Positions 50,692 to 61,053 of a DNA stretch of 64,000 nucleotides are shown one piece after another. The stretch spans positions 512,001 to 576,000 of the forward strand of contig OZ245020.1 in assembly GCA_965223865.1 (NCBI GenBank), given 5' to 3'. The stretch is from Nitrosarchaeum sp. (GTDB taxonomy: Archaea; Thermoproteota; Nitrososphaeria; Nitrososphaerales; Nitrosopumilaceae). Both the position numbers and the translations under genes were made by a program. Under the pieces are notes generated by a model. That model saw only the letters and a program-made list of their open reading frames with translations. It did not search any database and had not been told where the DNA came from. The first letter of the stretch is position 1. Each line of letters begins with the position of its first letter.

Positions 50692-51375
50692 TTAACTCCA
50701 TTCAGTCAGTTCTCTTATTTTCTGTCTTGAATCACTTACAAATCTCTTTAAAATTGGTATGTATATTTCAGAAGCATAAGAAATTTCAAATTCTTCATTC
50801 CCATTAATTTTCATAAAAGTAGATGCAATAACTTGGTTTTGGTTAACTTTTGGTTCATTATTTAATTTTCTTTTATTGTTGATAATCTCTAAAAAAATTG
50901 GAAGATTTTTTTTAATTTCGACATTTAATTCCTCTTTAGATCTTAATTTACCATCTGTCAATTTTGCTACAATCTCTTGATTAACATCTTTAGAGTATCT
51001 TTGTTTAGCTCGTATCATTATTTCAATTTTTGGTAATTTGTTAAATTTTTTTTGAAAATCAATTACATCTTTTATAAATTTTGGATAAGGAGGCCTATGC
51101 TCGATTTTATTTTTTTTTTCAAACCAATCTAAAAATTGTAATGCTTTTCCATCTTGTTTTGTCAAAGCTTTTTTGAGAAATTTTCCTTTATCACAATCCA
51201 TTAAAACAAACAAGCCAAAATCATTATTTGCTTCTTCAAAAATTCCATCATATACCTGTTTTACTGATTTGATAAATAAACCAAAAAAATAATTAACATA
51301 AAATGGATCCGGATCAAAATACCTAATCTGGTTTAAATTGAATATGCATTCTTCTATACTCTCTTCAACATTCAT
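50692..51375 (-). CDS. hypothetical protein
   Basis: 227-aa ORF. Confidence 0.7.
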   Translation of the reverse strand: MNVEESIEECIFNLNQIRYFDPDPFYVNYFFGLFIKSVKQVYDGIFEEANNDFGLFVLMDCDKGKFLKKALTKQDGKALQFLDWFEKKNKIEHRPPYPKFIKDVIDFQKKFNKLPKIEIMIRAKQRYSKDVNQEIVAKLTDGKLRSKEELNVEIKKNLPIFLEIINNKRKLNNEPKVNQNQVIASTFMKINGNEEFEISYASEIYIPILKRFVSDSRQKIRELTEWS

Positions 51376-51380
51376 TATTC

Positions 51381-51764
51381 TTAAGTAGGTTTTTCATTTC
51401 TAAATTTAGATTGTGTTTTTAATTTCATAGATAATTCTTTGAAAATTTCATTAACACTAACATCTACAAGATTTATTGTTGCATTTTCAATTACTATTTG
51501 CTTTTCAAATTTTTCTTTTATTGCAAACGAAACTGATGACCAATGAAGTATTCCCTTTAACTGTTCTTCTACCGTTGCATTTGTAGTTGGAAAGTTTGCT
51601 GGCGAAAATACAATTCCATTCGTCCATTGCATTGTAGGAATAGCTCCTCCTGAAGATCTTGTACTAAATGCAATCTGCTTTACCCAGTCATCAAATTTGT
51701 ATTCAATTACTTCATGAATTACTAATTTTTTCCAAGGTTCAATCGAAATTTCCATTTTATACAA
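51381..51764 (-). CDS. hypothetical protein
   Basis: 127-aa ORF. Confidence 0.7.
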   Translation of the reverse strand: MYKMEISIEPWKKLVIHEVIEYKFDDWVKQIAFSTRSSGGAIPTMQWTNGIVFSPANFPTTNATVEEQLKGILHWSSVSFAIKEKFEKQIVIENATINLVDVSVNEIFKELSMKLKTQSKFRNEKPT

Positions 51765-52313
51765 AGATTATGAACCAATTATAACCGTATTTTTTGAGCT
51801 CAAGCCTATCTCAACATCCCTTGTCTCCCAAAATCTAGATTTTATTTAATTTATTGTATTTTTGATAGAAATCTCAATTGCTTATAAAAAATGTTCCAAT
51901 CAAGTACTTATCTTTACTCTCAAATTATTTAATTTCGACATTTATTTCTCTGAATTCATACTTTCAAATAGGTAATTTAAAATTCTAATGAATAGATTTT
52001 TTATCAAATCTATTTTAAAATTAAATTTAAAATAACCGTTTATAGAATATTTTCTCGATATATCAAATACCATATAATTTGCAAATTCCAATTAAAAATT
52101 TTATTTTTTGCAGTTTGAATATTTCATTAGAATGATCTAATTTATTATGTCAAACTTTACTTGTGATTTGATTATTATATAATTGATTTCTTTACATCCT
52201 CTGTAATTTTTTCATTTTTTAAAAGTATCATGATTTTATCAAAATACTCTTCTTAAATTAAAAATCAGACAATGTTATTGCTTATTTAGTAGAAATTTAT
52301 CAGTTCTTTTTAT

Positions 52314-53375
52314 ATGAGTAAATGGGCAGATTTTGTAATTTCTGAAGTAAGTTATGATTCAAACCATTTAATTTCTAAAGCTAAGCGACACAGAGATTCT
52401 GATAATGGAATAGAGGAAGGAAAAATTGTTGATAGGCTTACTATTGCTTCAGATATAAAAAATGGTTTGTCATACATAACAATTTACAGTGGTCTTTCAT
52501 CTTGGAAACAAGGTCAAAAAATTCGAAAATTTCGGATTGGCGGACAACCTTATCTTAGAATCGATGATAATAAAGTAGAGTTAGACAATTTGGGAGATTT
52601 ACCTCAAGTATTAGATACTCCAGAACCAATTGCTGAGGAAGAAGCTACTCCAGAACCAATTGCTGAGGAAGAAGCTACTCCAGAACCAATTGCTGAGGAA
52701 GAAGCTACTCCAGAACCAATTGCTGAGGAAGAAGCTACTCCAGAACCAATTGCTGAGGAAGAAGCTACTCCAGAACCAATTGCTGAGGAAGAAGCTACTC
52801 CAGAACCAATTGCTGAGGAAGAAGCTACTCCAAAACAATTAACCCGATTAGAACAATTAGAAGAACAAATTCAAAAATTAGAATCACAGCCTGAAAAACC
52901 ACTTCCCAGTCCAAGAGGTTCACTTCCCAAAGAAGCAGCAAAAGAGCTTCCACAAGAACTAGATCTTGCTCCAGAACCAATTGCTGAGGAAGAAGCTACT
53001 CCAGAACCAATTGCTGAGGAAGAAGCTACTCCAGAACCAATTGCTGAGGAAGAAGCTACTCCAGAACAATTAACCCGATTAGAACAATTAGAAGAACAAA
53101 TTCAAAAATTAGAATCACAGCCTGAAAAACCACTTCCCAGTCCAAGAGGTTCACTTCCCAAAGAAGCAGCAAAAGAGCTTCCACAAGAACTAGATCTTGC
53201 TCCAGAACCAATTGCTGAGGAAGAAGCTACTCCAGAACAATTAGAGACTATAAGTGAATCAGAAAATGAAAATAAAAAAATCGAGACTACTGAAATTGAG
53301 CATGAAATAATTCGAACATTACGAAAACAAATTCAAAAATTAAATGAGATTGAGAACCAACTTCAAAATCTATAA
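52314..53375 (+). CDS. DUF3892-like N-terminal domain with acidic PEPIAEEEAT tandem repeats and coiled coil
   Basis: YLRIDDNKVELDNLGDLP; repeats. Confidence 0.75.
   Translation: MSKWADFVISEVSYDSNHLISKAKRHRDSDNGIEEGKIVDRLTIASDIKNGLSYITIYSGLSSWKQGQKIRKFRIGGQPYLRIDDNKVELDNLGDLPQVLDTPEPIAEEEATPEPIAEEEATPEPIAEEEATPEPIAEEEATPEPIAEEEATPEPIAEEEATPEPIAEEEATPKQLTRLEQLEEQIQKLESQPEKPLPSPRGSLPKEAAKELPQELDLAPEPIAEEEATPEPIAEEEATPEPIAEEEATPEQLTRLEQLEEQIQKLESQPEKPLPSPRGSLPKEAAKELPQELDLAPEPIAEEEATPEQLETISESENENKKIETTEIEHEIIRTLRKQIQKLNEIENQLQNL
52616..53240 (+). repeat. in-frame 30-bp tandem arrays (7x, 3x, 1x) nested in a 231-bp-period duplication
   Basis: identical tactccagaaccaattgctgaggaagaagc units. Confidence 0.95.
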
Positions 53376-53437
53376 AAATTAGAAAAACCAAATTAACAAG
53401 TAAAGTTTGTAAATCTATCAAATTATTGGAGATTTAA

Positions 53438-53803
53438 TTGAATTTGCAAAAATTAATTGTAATGATTTTGCTAGCAATTAGCATTACCGGATTAATTGGA
53501 ATTCCAATGGGTGATCCAAAATTTTTAATTCAGGCAATCAGTCTTGAATTAATTTTTCTTGTATTAACAATTCTATCTATTAAAAAAATTCGTTATATTT
53601 TGATCCCAAACATAATTATTGGAATAGTTATAATAACAGGAAATACTTTATCATCTCAGCACATTGACATAATGTTTTCTTTTACCCCTTTTGAGAATGC
53701 AGTTATTTTGATTATTGGAGGATATATTCTTCAGGTGCTACTTATCTTTTTAAGCATACTTTTCTTGATAAAAAATAATTCAATTAAAATTACTAAAAAG
53801 TAA
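53438..53803 (+). CDS. membrane protein
   Basis: 4 TM helices. Confidence 0.7.
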   Translation: MNLQKLIVMILLAISITGLIGIPMGDPKFLIQAISLELIFLVLTILSIKKIRYILIPNIIIGIVIITGNTLSSQHIDIMFSFTPFENAVILIIGGYILQVLLIFLSILFLIKNNSIKITKK

Positions 53804-53807
53804 GTTT

Positions 53808-54293
53808 CTAAATTTGGTTTGTTTGCCAAGCTTCATTGAATCGTTTAATGGCTTCTTGGTAAGCCTTAATTGAATCATCGCCGGAAGTTTTTAGAAATTT
53901 TTCCCATTGATCGTTAAATTTTTTGATAGATTCAATGTTTGTTTCCTTGAAAATATTTTCAATCATTTTTTTCTGTTGTTTGATGTATTCTGGTCCGATT
54001 TCTTCCCAAGTCTCTTCCCAACTTGAACTAACTTTTCTCAACAACTCTGTATCTGATTCAAGAGCTTTTTGACAAGCATCATGATATGTCATTAATGTAT
54101 CATTTGTGGCTTTTTGCCATTGAGCAAGAGACTCTTTCCATACGCTTAATGCAGTATTATATTCCCTCCAAGCTTTTTCAAATTCTGGTTTTGATGAAGA
54201 TCCTGATTTTTTCTTTGATTTTGCTACTGGTTTTTTTTCTTTTGATTCTTTTCTTTCTGTTTTCTTGGTAACCGTATCTTTTTTGGCAGCCAT
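53808..54293 (-). CDS. Trp-periodic helical protein with basic N-tail
   Basis: WREY..AL..WK; FNDQWEK; FNEAWQ. Confidence 0.7.
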   Translation of the reverse strand: MAAKKDTVTKKTERKESKEKKPVAKSKKKSGSSSKPEFEKAWREYNTALSVWKESLAQWQKATNDTLMTYHDACQKALESDTELLRKVSSSWEETWEEIGPEYIKQQKKMIENIFKETNIESIKKFNDQWEKFLKTSGDDSIKAYQEAIKRFNEAWQTNQI

Positions 54294-54616
54294 AACTTTG
54301 TTTTAAAATAGTAGATGTTAAATCTTTCAATAATTCCAAGTATTAAAAATCTTCATTACGAATTTTCATTTAAATTTTGAAGCCTTGGTAAAATTTACCT
54401 TATGTTTTTCATCCTTATTTAGGAATAATTTATAATGATATTCACAAAGATTTCTTTTTTCTTTAAATCCAATATTTACTAACTCGAAAGATTTCATTTT
54501 GCACTCTGAAATACTACAATACACGTTCCTTTCTATTTTTATTAATTTATAAAATTTTGAAATTGTATTATTACCAATATTGCTAACTTTTTATGATTCT
54601 AGACTAACAAAAAATC

Positions 54617-54826
54617 ATGTCTGAAGATGAAAAAGGAAAACGATTCTTAGAATTAATTGATAAACAAAACAATATTCAATGGAGCATTATTTCAAAGTTA
54701 AATGCACTAGTAAAATCAGAATGGAATTCAACAAGTATCAAAAATGAACTTGAATCATTAGTTAATCAACACTCTGAAATAACAAAAGAATTGAACAGCT
54801 TGGATCAGAAAAACAGTCTTCTATAA
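54617..54826 (+). CDS. small coiled-coil hypothetical protein
   Basis: 69-aa ORF with ATG. Confidence 0.65.
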   Translation: MSEDEKGKRFLELIDKQNNIQWSIISKLNALVKSEWNSTSIKNELESLVNQHSEITKELNSLDQKNSLL

Positions 54827-55750
54827 TGCCGAATCAATCATTAATGCTATAAATAAAACTGCCAAGTATGGACTAGAAAATTTGAATAATGTCCATGATG
54901 CCTTTTCCATTGGTTTTGCTATTACCCATACAGATAAAATTATCATTAAAGCCCCAGAAGCAATAGCAGTCCACAAATATATTGGTCCAACCATTGGATC
55001 TCCATTTTCTGTTGTTAAAAAGAATGGTACGATTGAAAATAATACCATTACAAAAGTTGAAATTGCAATAGTTCTTGCAGATGTTTTCTCAGATTGAACA
55101 GCAGTTAACATTGGAACATTAACTTTGTTATAATCTTCTTTGAAATGCAAAGTTAGAGCCCAAATATGCATTGGAATCCATATGAAAACTAATCCTGCCA
55201 TAACCAATCCCATTGTCCATAAATCCGACATTGTCACAGCAACCCAACCAATCATTGGAGGAGACCCACCACATAATCCTCCTAAAATTATATTGGTCCT
55301 TGAGTTTCGTTTAAGTGCGTACGAATACACGAGAACATTGTTTAATAAACCAAATGCGATAAAGGCCGTAGCCCAAGCGCCTTGTTCTAACGTAGTCGTA
55401 AACGAAATTCCAAATGCTAATACAAGTGATATTCCCGCCAAAGCTAATCCAAAGTTTCTTGCTTTTTCAGCTGGATAGATCCTTTTTGATGGAAGCGGTC
55501 TTCCTTTTGTTCTTTCCATGATTGCATCTATGTCTCTATCATGATAATTTGTCAAAGTATTTGCAGCTGCAGAACCTGCTGCAACGGAAAACAACATTAA
55601 GATCCATGTTGCAGGTGACACCTCAATATCATAGATATTAGCTGCAGTTAGGGTTGCCCCAAAAGCAGTAAAAACAAGTAGATACCATATCTTTGGTTTT
55701 GTTAACTCATAATAAACTGCAATACGGGATTCTGATTTTTGTTTCTGCAC
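54821..55750 (-). CDS. cyoE: protoheme IX farnesyltransferase (heme o synthase)
   Basis: ELTKPKI, DRDIDAIMERTKGRPLP, WIPMHIWAL. Confidence 0.93.
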   Translation of the reverse strand: MQKQKSESRIAVYYELTKPKIWYLLVFTAFGATLTAANIYDIEVSPATWILMLFSVAAGSAAANTLTNYHDRDIDAIMERTKGRPLPSKRIYPAEKARNFGLALAGISLVLAFGISFTTTLEQGAWATAFIAFGLLNNVLVYSYALKRNSRTNIILGGLCGGSPPMIGWVAVTMSDLWTMGLVMAGLVFIWIPMHIWALTLHFKEDYNKVNVPMLTAVQSEKTSARTIAISTFVMVLFSIVPFFLTTENGDPMVGPIYLWTAIASGALMIILSVWVIAKPMEKASWTLFKFSSPYLAVLFIALMIDSAL

Positions 55751-55752
55751 TG

Positions 55753-56220
55753 CTAGTCACTATCCTTTGATGGCATATATGGCATTGCTTTTGCTCGTGT
55801 TTTCATCTCTATGAATGACTCTGATGATTGTATGCCATCTATTCGTCCTATGCGTTCTGAAACCATTTTGTGCATCTGATCTAGAGATCTCGCATACATA
55901 GTTACTAGAATATCAAATCTACCAGTAACTTCAGCAATCTCCCTTACACCCTCAATTTTAAAAAGTTCATCAATAACATGATCTCTTTTCTTAGTATCCA
56001 TATTTATTCCAGTCAATGCTTTTACATTGTAACCTAGCTCAGCATCATTAACAACTATTGTAAATCGCTCAATTAACTTTCGTTTAACAAGTCTTTTGAT
56101 TCGAGAATATACCACAGACGAATTTATATTGATTTTTTTTGAAAGTCTTGGAACTGAAATTGATGCATCATTTGATAATTCAGATAAAATTTGTAAATCT
56201 AAATCATCAACTTTGACCAT
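55753..56220 (-). CDS. Lrp/AsnC transcriptional regulator
   Basis: DDLDLQIL, RIKRL, VTGRFDI. Confidence 0.92.
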   Translation of the reverse strand: MVKVDDLDLQILSELSNDASISVPRLSKKININSSVVYSRIKRLVKRKLIERFTIVVNDAELGYNVKALTGINMDTKKRDHVIDELFKIEGVREIAEVTGRFDILVTMYARSLDQMHKMVSERIGRIDGIQSSESFIEMKTRAKAMPYMPSKDSD

Positions 56221-56289
56221 TAAAATCCCTGAGACGATCTAGATTTCTGGTTCTTATAAAGTTATTATTGAAAAAATTGCAAAAAATTT

Positions 56290-57366
56290 CTAGATTTTTC
56301 CTTTTTTGTAAAGCATTTCAGCCAACAAAACAGCACCTTTAGCTGAACCCATTTTCTTGTTGTGTGAAAATAGCATATACTTTAGGCCATTATCAAATAA
56401 TTCTTCTTTTTCAACTCTACCAATAGTTGTAGTCATTCCTCCACCGATCTCTCTTTCTATTCTTGGTTGTGGTCGTGTGGGATCTTCATGAAATGCATAA
56501 TAGTCTTTTGGTGCTGAAGGCAAACCTGCTACTGATATGTCTTTGTTGTATTGATTATAGGTATCCTTTGCTAAAGTTGGATCAATCTCCTTTTCTGTTT
56601 CAACAAATACTGATTCAGTATGACCATCAATAACTGGCACACGTGTACATGTACAACTTACTCTAATGTCTGCCTCTTCAATCTTACCATCTTTTAATTT
56701 GCCCAAAATCTTTCTTGTTTCGGTTCTAACTTTATCCTCCTCCTTTGGAATGTAAGGAATTATGTTATCAGTAATTCCCATTGCAGATACACCAGTTTTT
56801 CCACCACCTGAAATAGCTTGCATTGAAGTCATCATGACTTTCTTTGCACCATATTTTTCAAGTAATGGTTTTAGTGTTATCGCAAGACCCGTTGTAGTAC
56901 AATTTGGAAGTGGTGCTACCCAACCTTTCCAATTACGATTCTTCTTTTGTGTCTCAAGAAGTTCTACTTGTTCATCATTAATACCTGGAATTAAAATCGG
57001 AACATCCTCTTCATATCTATAAGCGGAACTGGTTGAAATTACAGGAACTTCAGCTGCAACTTTAGTTTCAATATCTCTTGCAGCAACTGATTCAATTGAT
57101 GAAAACACCAAGTCTAGATGTGAAGTATCTAACTCGTCAATTTTTTTTACCGTCATATCTTTGATATATTCTGGAATCTCTCCACCAACATCCCATGCAA
57201 CAATTCCACTTTCATTTCTTATGGCGTCCAGATATTTTTTACCAGCAGTACGCTCAGATGCAGCAATTTGAGTTACCTCAAACCATGGGTGATTATGTAA
57301 AGATTGAACAAATTCTTGGCCCACAGCACCAGTTACGCCTATGATTGCTACTCTTTTCTTCTCCAT
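56290..57366 (-). CDS. asd: aspartate-semialdehyde dehydrogenase
   Basis: GVTGAVGQ, PNCTT, QAISGGG, RVPVIDGH. Confidence 0.92.
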   Translation of the reverse strand: MEKKRVAIIGVTGAVGQEFVQSLHNHPWFEVTQIAASERTAGKKYLDAIRNESGIVAWDVGGEIPEYIKDMTVKKIDELDTSHLDLVFSSIESVAARDIETKVAAEVPVISTSSAYRYEEDVPILIPGINDEQVELLETQKKNRNWKGWVAPLPNCTTTGLAITLKPLLEKYGAKKVMMTSMQAISGGGKTGVSAMGITDNIIPYIPKEEDKVRTETRKILGKLKDGKIEEADIRVSCTCTRVPVIDGHTESVFVETEKEIDPTLAKDTYNQYNKDISVAGLPSAPKDYYAFHEDPTRPQPRIEREIGGGMTTTIGRVEKEELFDNGLKYMLFSHNKKMGSAKGAVLLAEMLYKKGKI

Positions 57367-57448
57367 GTCTTATTCAATACAAATTTCAATTAATAATCGT
57401 TATTAGCATTACCAAAAGATACTATATTGCATAATCTTACTTGGAATT

Positions 57449-58531
57449 GTGAAAATAAAGGCAAAACCTTCGATCGAGGCACATAACCCAGTTATTCATG
57501 GGGGAATATTCTCAAAAAATCTCCCTTATTCTGGAATTTTGGATTTCAGTTCCAACTTGACACCATTAGGAATACCTGATCAAGTAAAAAGAACTATAAA
57601 AAATAAAATTGAAAAAATTGAAAACTATCCAGACATTAATTCTTCTGAATTACTATTATCCCTCAGAAAATATACCAAACTATCAGAATTAAACTTGATA
57701 GTTGGAAATGGAGCAATAGAAATCATATATGATTTTTGCAATGCCTTTTTATCAAAGAATACTCCGGTATTGATTCCCATTCCTACATTTGGCGAATATG
57801 AAGCAGCTTCAAAATTACATACTTCAAAAATCTCATTTTTTAAAACAATGGACTTGACAAAAAATCTAAATTTATTTATTTCAAAAATACCCAAGAATGG
57901 CTGTATCTTTATTTGTAATCCAAACAATCCTACAGGAAAATTAATTTCAAAAAAAAATTTACTTCAAATAGTTCGTAGAGCAAAAAAACAAAATTGCATA
58001 ATCTTTGTTGATGAATGCTTTATAGAATTAGTACCACAATCTAATGAATCAATAATTTCAAATGTGACAAAATTTGATAATCTAGTTGTTCTTAGATCCC
58101 TTACAAAATCCTTTGGACTTGCTGGTATTAGAATTGGATATGCTGCATCATCAAAGTATTTTATTTCTATTTTGAAAAAAATCAAAATACCTTGGAGCGT
58201 AAACTCTATGGCTCAACTTGCAGGAATATATGCATTAAAAAATAAATCTCATATTACTAAATCAAATAATATTATAAAAAAAGAATATGATTTTTTAAAA
58301 AATAAAATTACAATGATTGATGGATTTGAATGTCTTGATTCCTCTACAAATTTTATTTTAATAAAAACAAAACAAGATTCAACAAAATTACAAAAAAAAT
58401 TACTTGAAAAGCAAGTCTTCATACGAGATTGCAAAAATTTCCGTGGACTGGATAAGCATTTTATTCGAGTTGCAGTGAAATCCCATAAAGACAATCTTAG
58501 ACTTGTAAAAACATTAGAGGAAATCAAATGA
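57449..58531 (+). CDS. cobD: threonine-phosphate decarboxylase (PLP class I/II)
   Basis: HGG..DFSSN, CNPNNPTG, RSLTKSFGLAGIRIGY; cob cluster context. Confidence 0.85.
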   Translation: MKIKAKPSIEAHNPVIHGGIFSKNLPYSGILDFSSNLTPLGIPDQVKRTIKNKIEKIENYPDINSSELLLSLRKYTKLSELNLIVGNGAIEIIYDFCNAFLSKNTPVLIPIPTFGEYEAASKLHTSKISFFKTMDLTKNLNLFISKIPKNGCIFICNPNNPTGKLISKKNLLQIVRRAKKQNCIIFVDECFIELVPQSNESIISNVTKFDNLVVLRSLTKSFGLAGIRIGYAASSKYFISILKKIKIPWSVNSMAQLAGIYALKNKSHITKSNNIIKKEYDFLKNKITMIDGFECLDSSTNFILIKTKQDSTKLQKKLLEKQVFIRDCKNFRGLDKHFIRVAVKSHKDNLRLVKTLEEIK

Positions 58532-59367
58532 AATCCTTAATGATTCAAGGTACTTCATCAGGGGCAGGTAAAACAATACTTGTTACGGCATTATGCAGGA
58601 TTTTTTCAGACAAAGGATTTTCTGTTGCACCTTTTAAATCCCAGAATATGTCAAATTATTCGTATTTAGGAAAAAATTTTGAAATATCTCGTGCCCAAGC
58701 CATTCAAGCCATAGCTGCAAGATGTGAAATCACGCCTGATCTTAATCCAATCTTACTAAAACCGCTTGGAAATTACTACAGTACGGTATATGTTCATGGA
58801 AAAAGACTTAAGAAAATGCATGCGTCAGAATATTATAAAAAATTTGTAAAAACTAAAGGATTGAATCTAGCTACAAAGTCATTTCATTATTTAAAAAAGA
58901 ATTACGATATAATAATCTTGGAAGGAGCTGGTTCTCCTGCAGAAATTAATCTCGAAAAATTTGATATCGCAAATATGAAAATGGCGGAAAAAGCAAAATC
59001 CCCTGTATTGTTGATTTCTGATATAGATAGAGGCGGGTCATTTGCGAGTATAGTTGGAACATTATCTCTCTTGGATAAACATTATCAAAAACTAGTCAAG
59101 GGTTTTGTACTTAATAAATTCAGAGGAGATGTTAATATCTTAAAGCCCGGATTTAAAAAAATTAAAGAAAAAACAAAACGTCCTATATATGGTGTAATCC
59201 CTATGATGAATTTTGATCTACCTGAAGAAGACTCTCTAAATGTAAAGGCAAAAAATATGTCATGGACAAAAAAAAATATTGATAAAATTGATTTAGAAAT
59301 TCAAAAGATTAGTAAATTGATTATTAAAAATTTGAATATAAAAGAAATTGAGAGGTTAATAGAATGA
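58528..59367 (+). CDS. cobQ: cobyric acid synthase, synthetase domain only
   Basis: QGTSSGAGKT, PFKSQNMS, EGAGSPAEINL, NKFRGD, LPEEDS. Confidence 0.88.
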   Translation: MKSLMIQGTSSGAGKTILVTALCRIFSDKGFSVAPFKSQNMSNYSYLGKNFEISRAQAIQAIAARCEITPDLNPILLKPLGNYYSTVYVHGKRLKKMHASEYYKKFVKTKGLNLATKSFHYLKKNYDIIILEGAGSPAEINLEKFDIANMKMAEKAKSPVLLISDIDRGGSFASIVGTLSLLDKHYQKLVKGFVLNKFRGDVNILKPGFKKIKEKTKRPIYGVIPMMNFDLPEEDSLNVKAKNMSWTKKNIDKIDLEIQKISKLIIKNLNIKEIERLIE

Positions 59368-60335
59368 TAGTAGAATCAATTTTGGTTATATTTTTTACAC
59401 TCGTGTTGGATTTTTCATTAGGTGATCCAAAAAATAAATTTCATCCAACCGTTTGGATTGGTTCATTAATTGCAAAACTTACACCTCTCTCAAAAAACTC
59501 CTCAATAAATTTAGAAAAGATTGGAGGAATATTTCTTATTTTAACCTCATGTGGAATTGTTTTATCTTTATTGATCTTGTTAGAATTTGGAATTGATCTT
59601 ATCACAGTAGACTATGTTTCAACAATTATTTCTGTTTTTGTTGGAACCATTTTATTAAAGATGACTATTGCCATCAAAGGAATGGAAAGACATGCATTGG
59701 CTGTTCTTGATTGTTTAAAAAGAGGGGATATTTACTCTGCCCGAAATAATCTATCGATGATTGTTAAAAGAAATACAAAAAATTTGGACAAAAATCATGT
59801 GATTTCAGGTGCTATAGAGAGTATAAGTGAAAATACTGTAGATGGTATTACTGCACCCCTATTCTATTTTGGTTTATTTGGTCTTCCAGGCGCGTTTGTT
59901 TATAGAGTAATTAATACTGCAGATTCTATGATAGGATACAAAACAAATATTTTCAAAAATATTGGTTGGTTTGGAGCAAATTGTGACAACATTCTGAATT
60001 TCATCCCTTCAAGACTTACTGCTTTAACAATGATTCTAACTGCGATTATTCTTAAAATCAATTGGAAAGAATCATACAAAATAATGATTAGAGATGGTAA
60101 CAAAACTGAGAGCCCAAATGCAGGATACCCTATGGCAGCTGTTGCAGGTGCATTAGGTAAAAAATTCGAAAAAATTGATCACTATTCACTGGGAGATGGA
60201 GACATAATTTTTTCCGTTGAACATATTAAATCAGCAATTACCTTAATGAAAATTACTTCAATTATTTTTGTAGGAATTGTGGTAGTTCCAATTATTTTGA
60301 TCCTATCTTATTTTGGATGGTGGATTTATGCTTAA
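59364..60335 (+). CDS. cbiB: adenosylcobinamide-phosphate synthase
   Basis: GDP..HP, ESISENTVDG, NTADSMIGY, SPNAGYP. Confidence 0.92.
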   Translation: MIVESILVIFFTLVLDFSLGDPKNKFHPTVWIGSLIAKLTPLSKNSSINLEKIGGIFLILTSCGIVLSLLILLEFGIDLITVDYVSTIISVFVGTILLKMTIAIKGMERHALAVLDCLKRGDIYSARNNLSMIVKRNTKNLDKNHVISGAIESISENTVDGITAPLFYFGLFGLPGAFVYRVINTADSMIGYKTNIFKNIGWFGANCDNILNFIPSRLTALTMILTAIILKINWKESYKIMIRDGNKTESPNAGYPMAAVAGALGKKFEKIDHYSLGDGDIIFSVEHIKSAITLMKITSIIFVGIVVVPIILILSYFGWWIYA

Positions 60336-61053
60336 AGAACTAGGTTCTGTATTTTCATTTTTAACAATTATACCAACAGGTAATGCAAATCTTGAAACAA
60401 TTGCAAAATACATGTATTTTTTTCCTCTTGTTGGAATTGTAATGGGGCTGATTATTGGTTCTATTGGGTTTGGCTTATCATTATTTCTAGATCCTCTGAT
60501 AGTAAGTTTGTTAGTTGTTGCATCCATCACGATTGTTACTGGAATTCATCATACTGATGGATTGGCAGATTTTGCTGATGGCTTGATGGTTAAAGGAACC
60601 AAAGAAAAAAAACTTGTGGCAATGAAGGACCTTTCAACCGGTTCTGCTGGAATTACCGCAATAGTATTGTATATTGTAGGTCTAATCATTGCTCTTTCAT
60701 TTTCTTCTGGATATCAGTTATTTGTAGCAATTTTACTAAGTGAAATTTTAGCAAAATTTTCCATGGTATTGATGGCCAGTATTGGAAGATCTGCTTCTAT
60801 GGGATCAAATTCTCCATTTGTTGAGTTGATGAAAAATCGAAAAAAACTTGTAACAGCATCTGTTATTACTTTAATTCCTCTAGTTCTGCTTGGTGGAACT
60901 TCAGGTTTAGTAATATTTGGTTTTGGAATTGCCTTGACAATTTTCATAGTAGGATTATCCACACGTAGCTTTGGTGGAATAACAGGTGATGTTTTAGGTG
61001 CAACAAATGAACTTACCAGATTAGCATCTATTCTAATTTTTGTATCGATATGA
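60328..61053 (+). CDS. cobS: adenosylcobinamide-GDP ribazoletransferase
   Basis: FLTIIP, TGIHHTDGLADFADG, GGITGDVLGA. Confidence 0.92.
   Translation: MLKELGSVFSFLTIIPTGNANLETIAKYMYFFPLVGIVMGLIIGSIGFGLSLFLDPLIVSLLVVASITIVTGIHHTDGLADFADGLMVKGTKEKKLVAMKDLSTGSAGITAIVLYIVGLIIALSFSSGYQLFVAILLSEILAKFSMVLMASIGRSASMGSNSPFVELMKNRKKLVTASVITLIPLVLLGGTSGLVIFGFGIALTIFIVGLSTRSFGGITGDVLGATNELTRLASILIFVSI

Noticed and set aside
51765-52313. AT-rich gap as replication origin
   Set aside because: No ORB-like repeats and no adjacent cdc6/orc1
52616-53240. 30-bp repeats as a CRISPR array
   Set aside because: Head-to-tail units with no unique spacers, in frame within a CDS, and no cas genes
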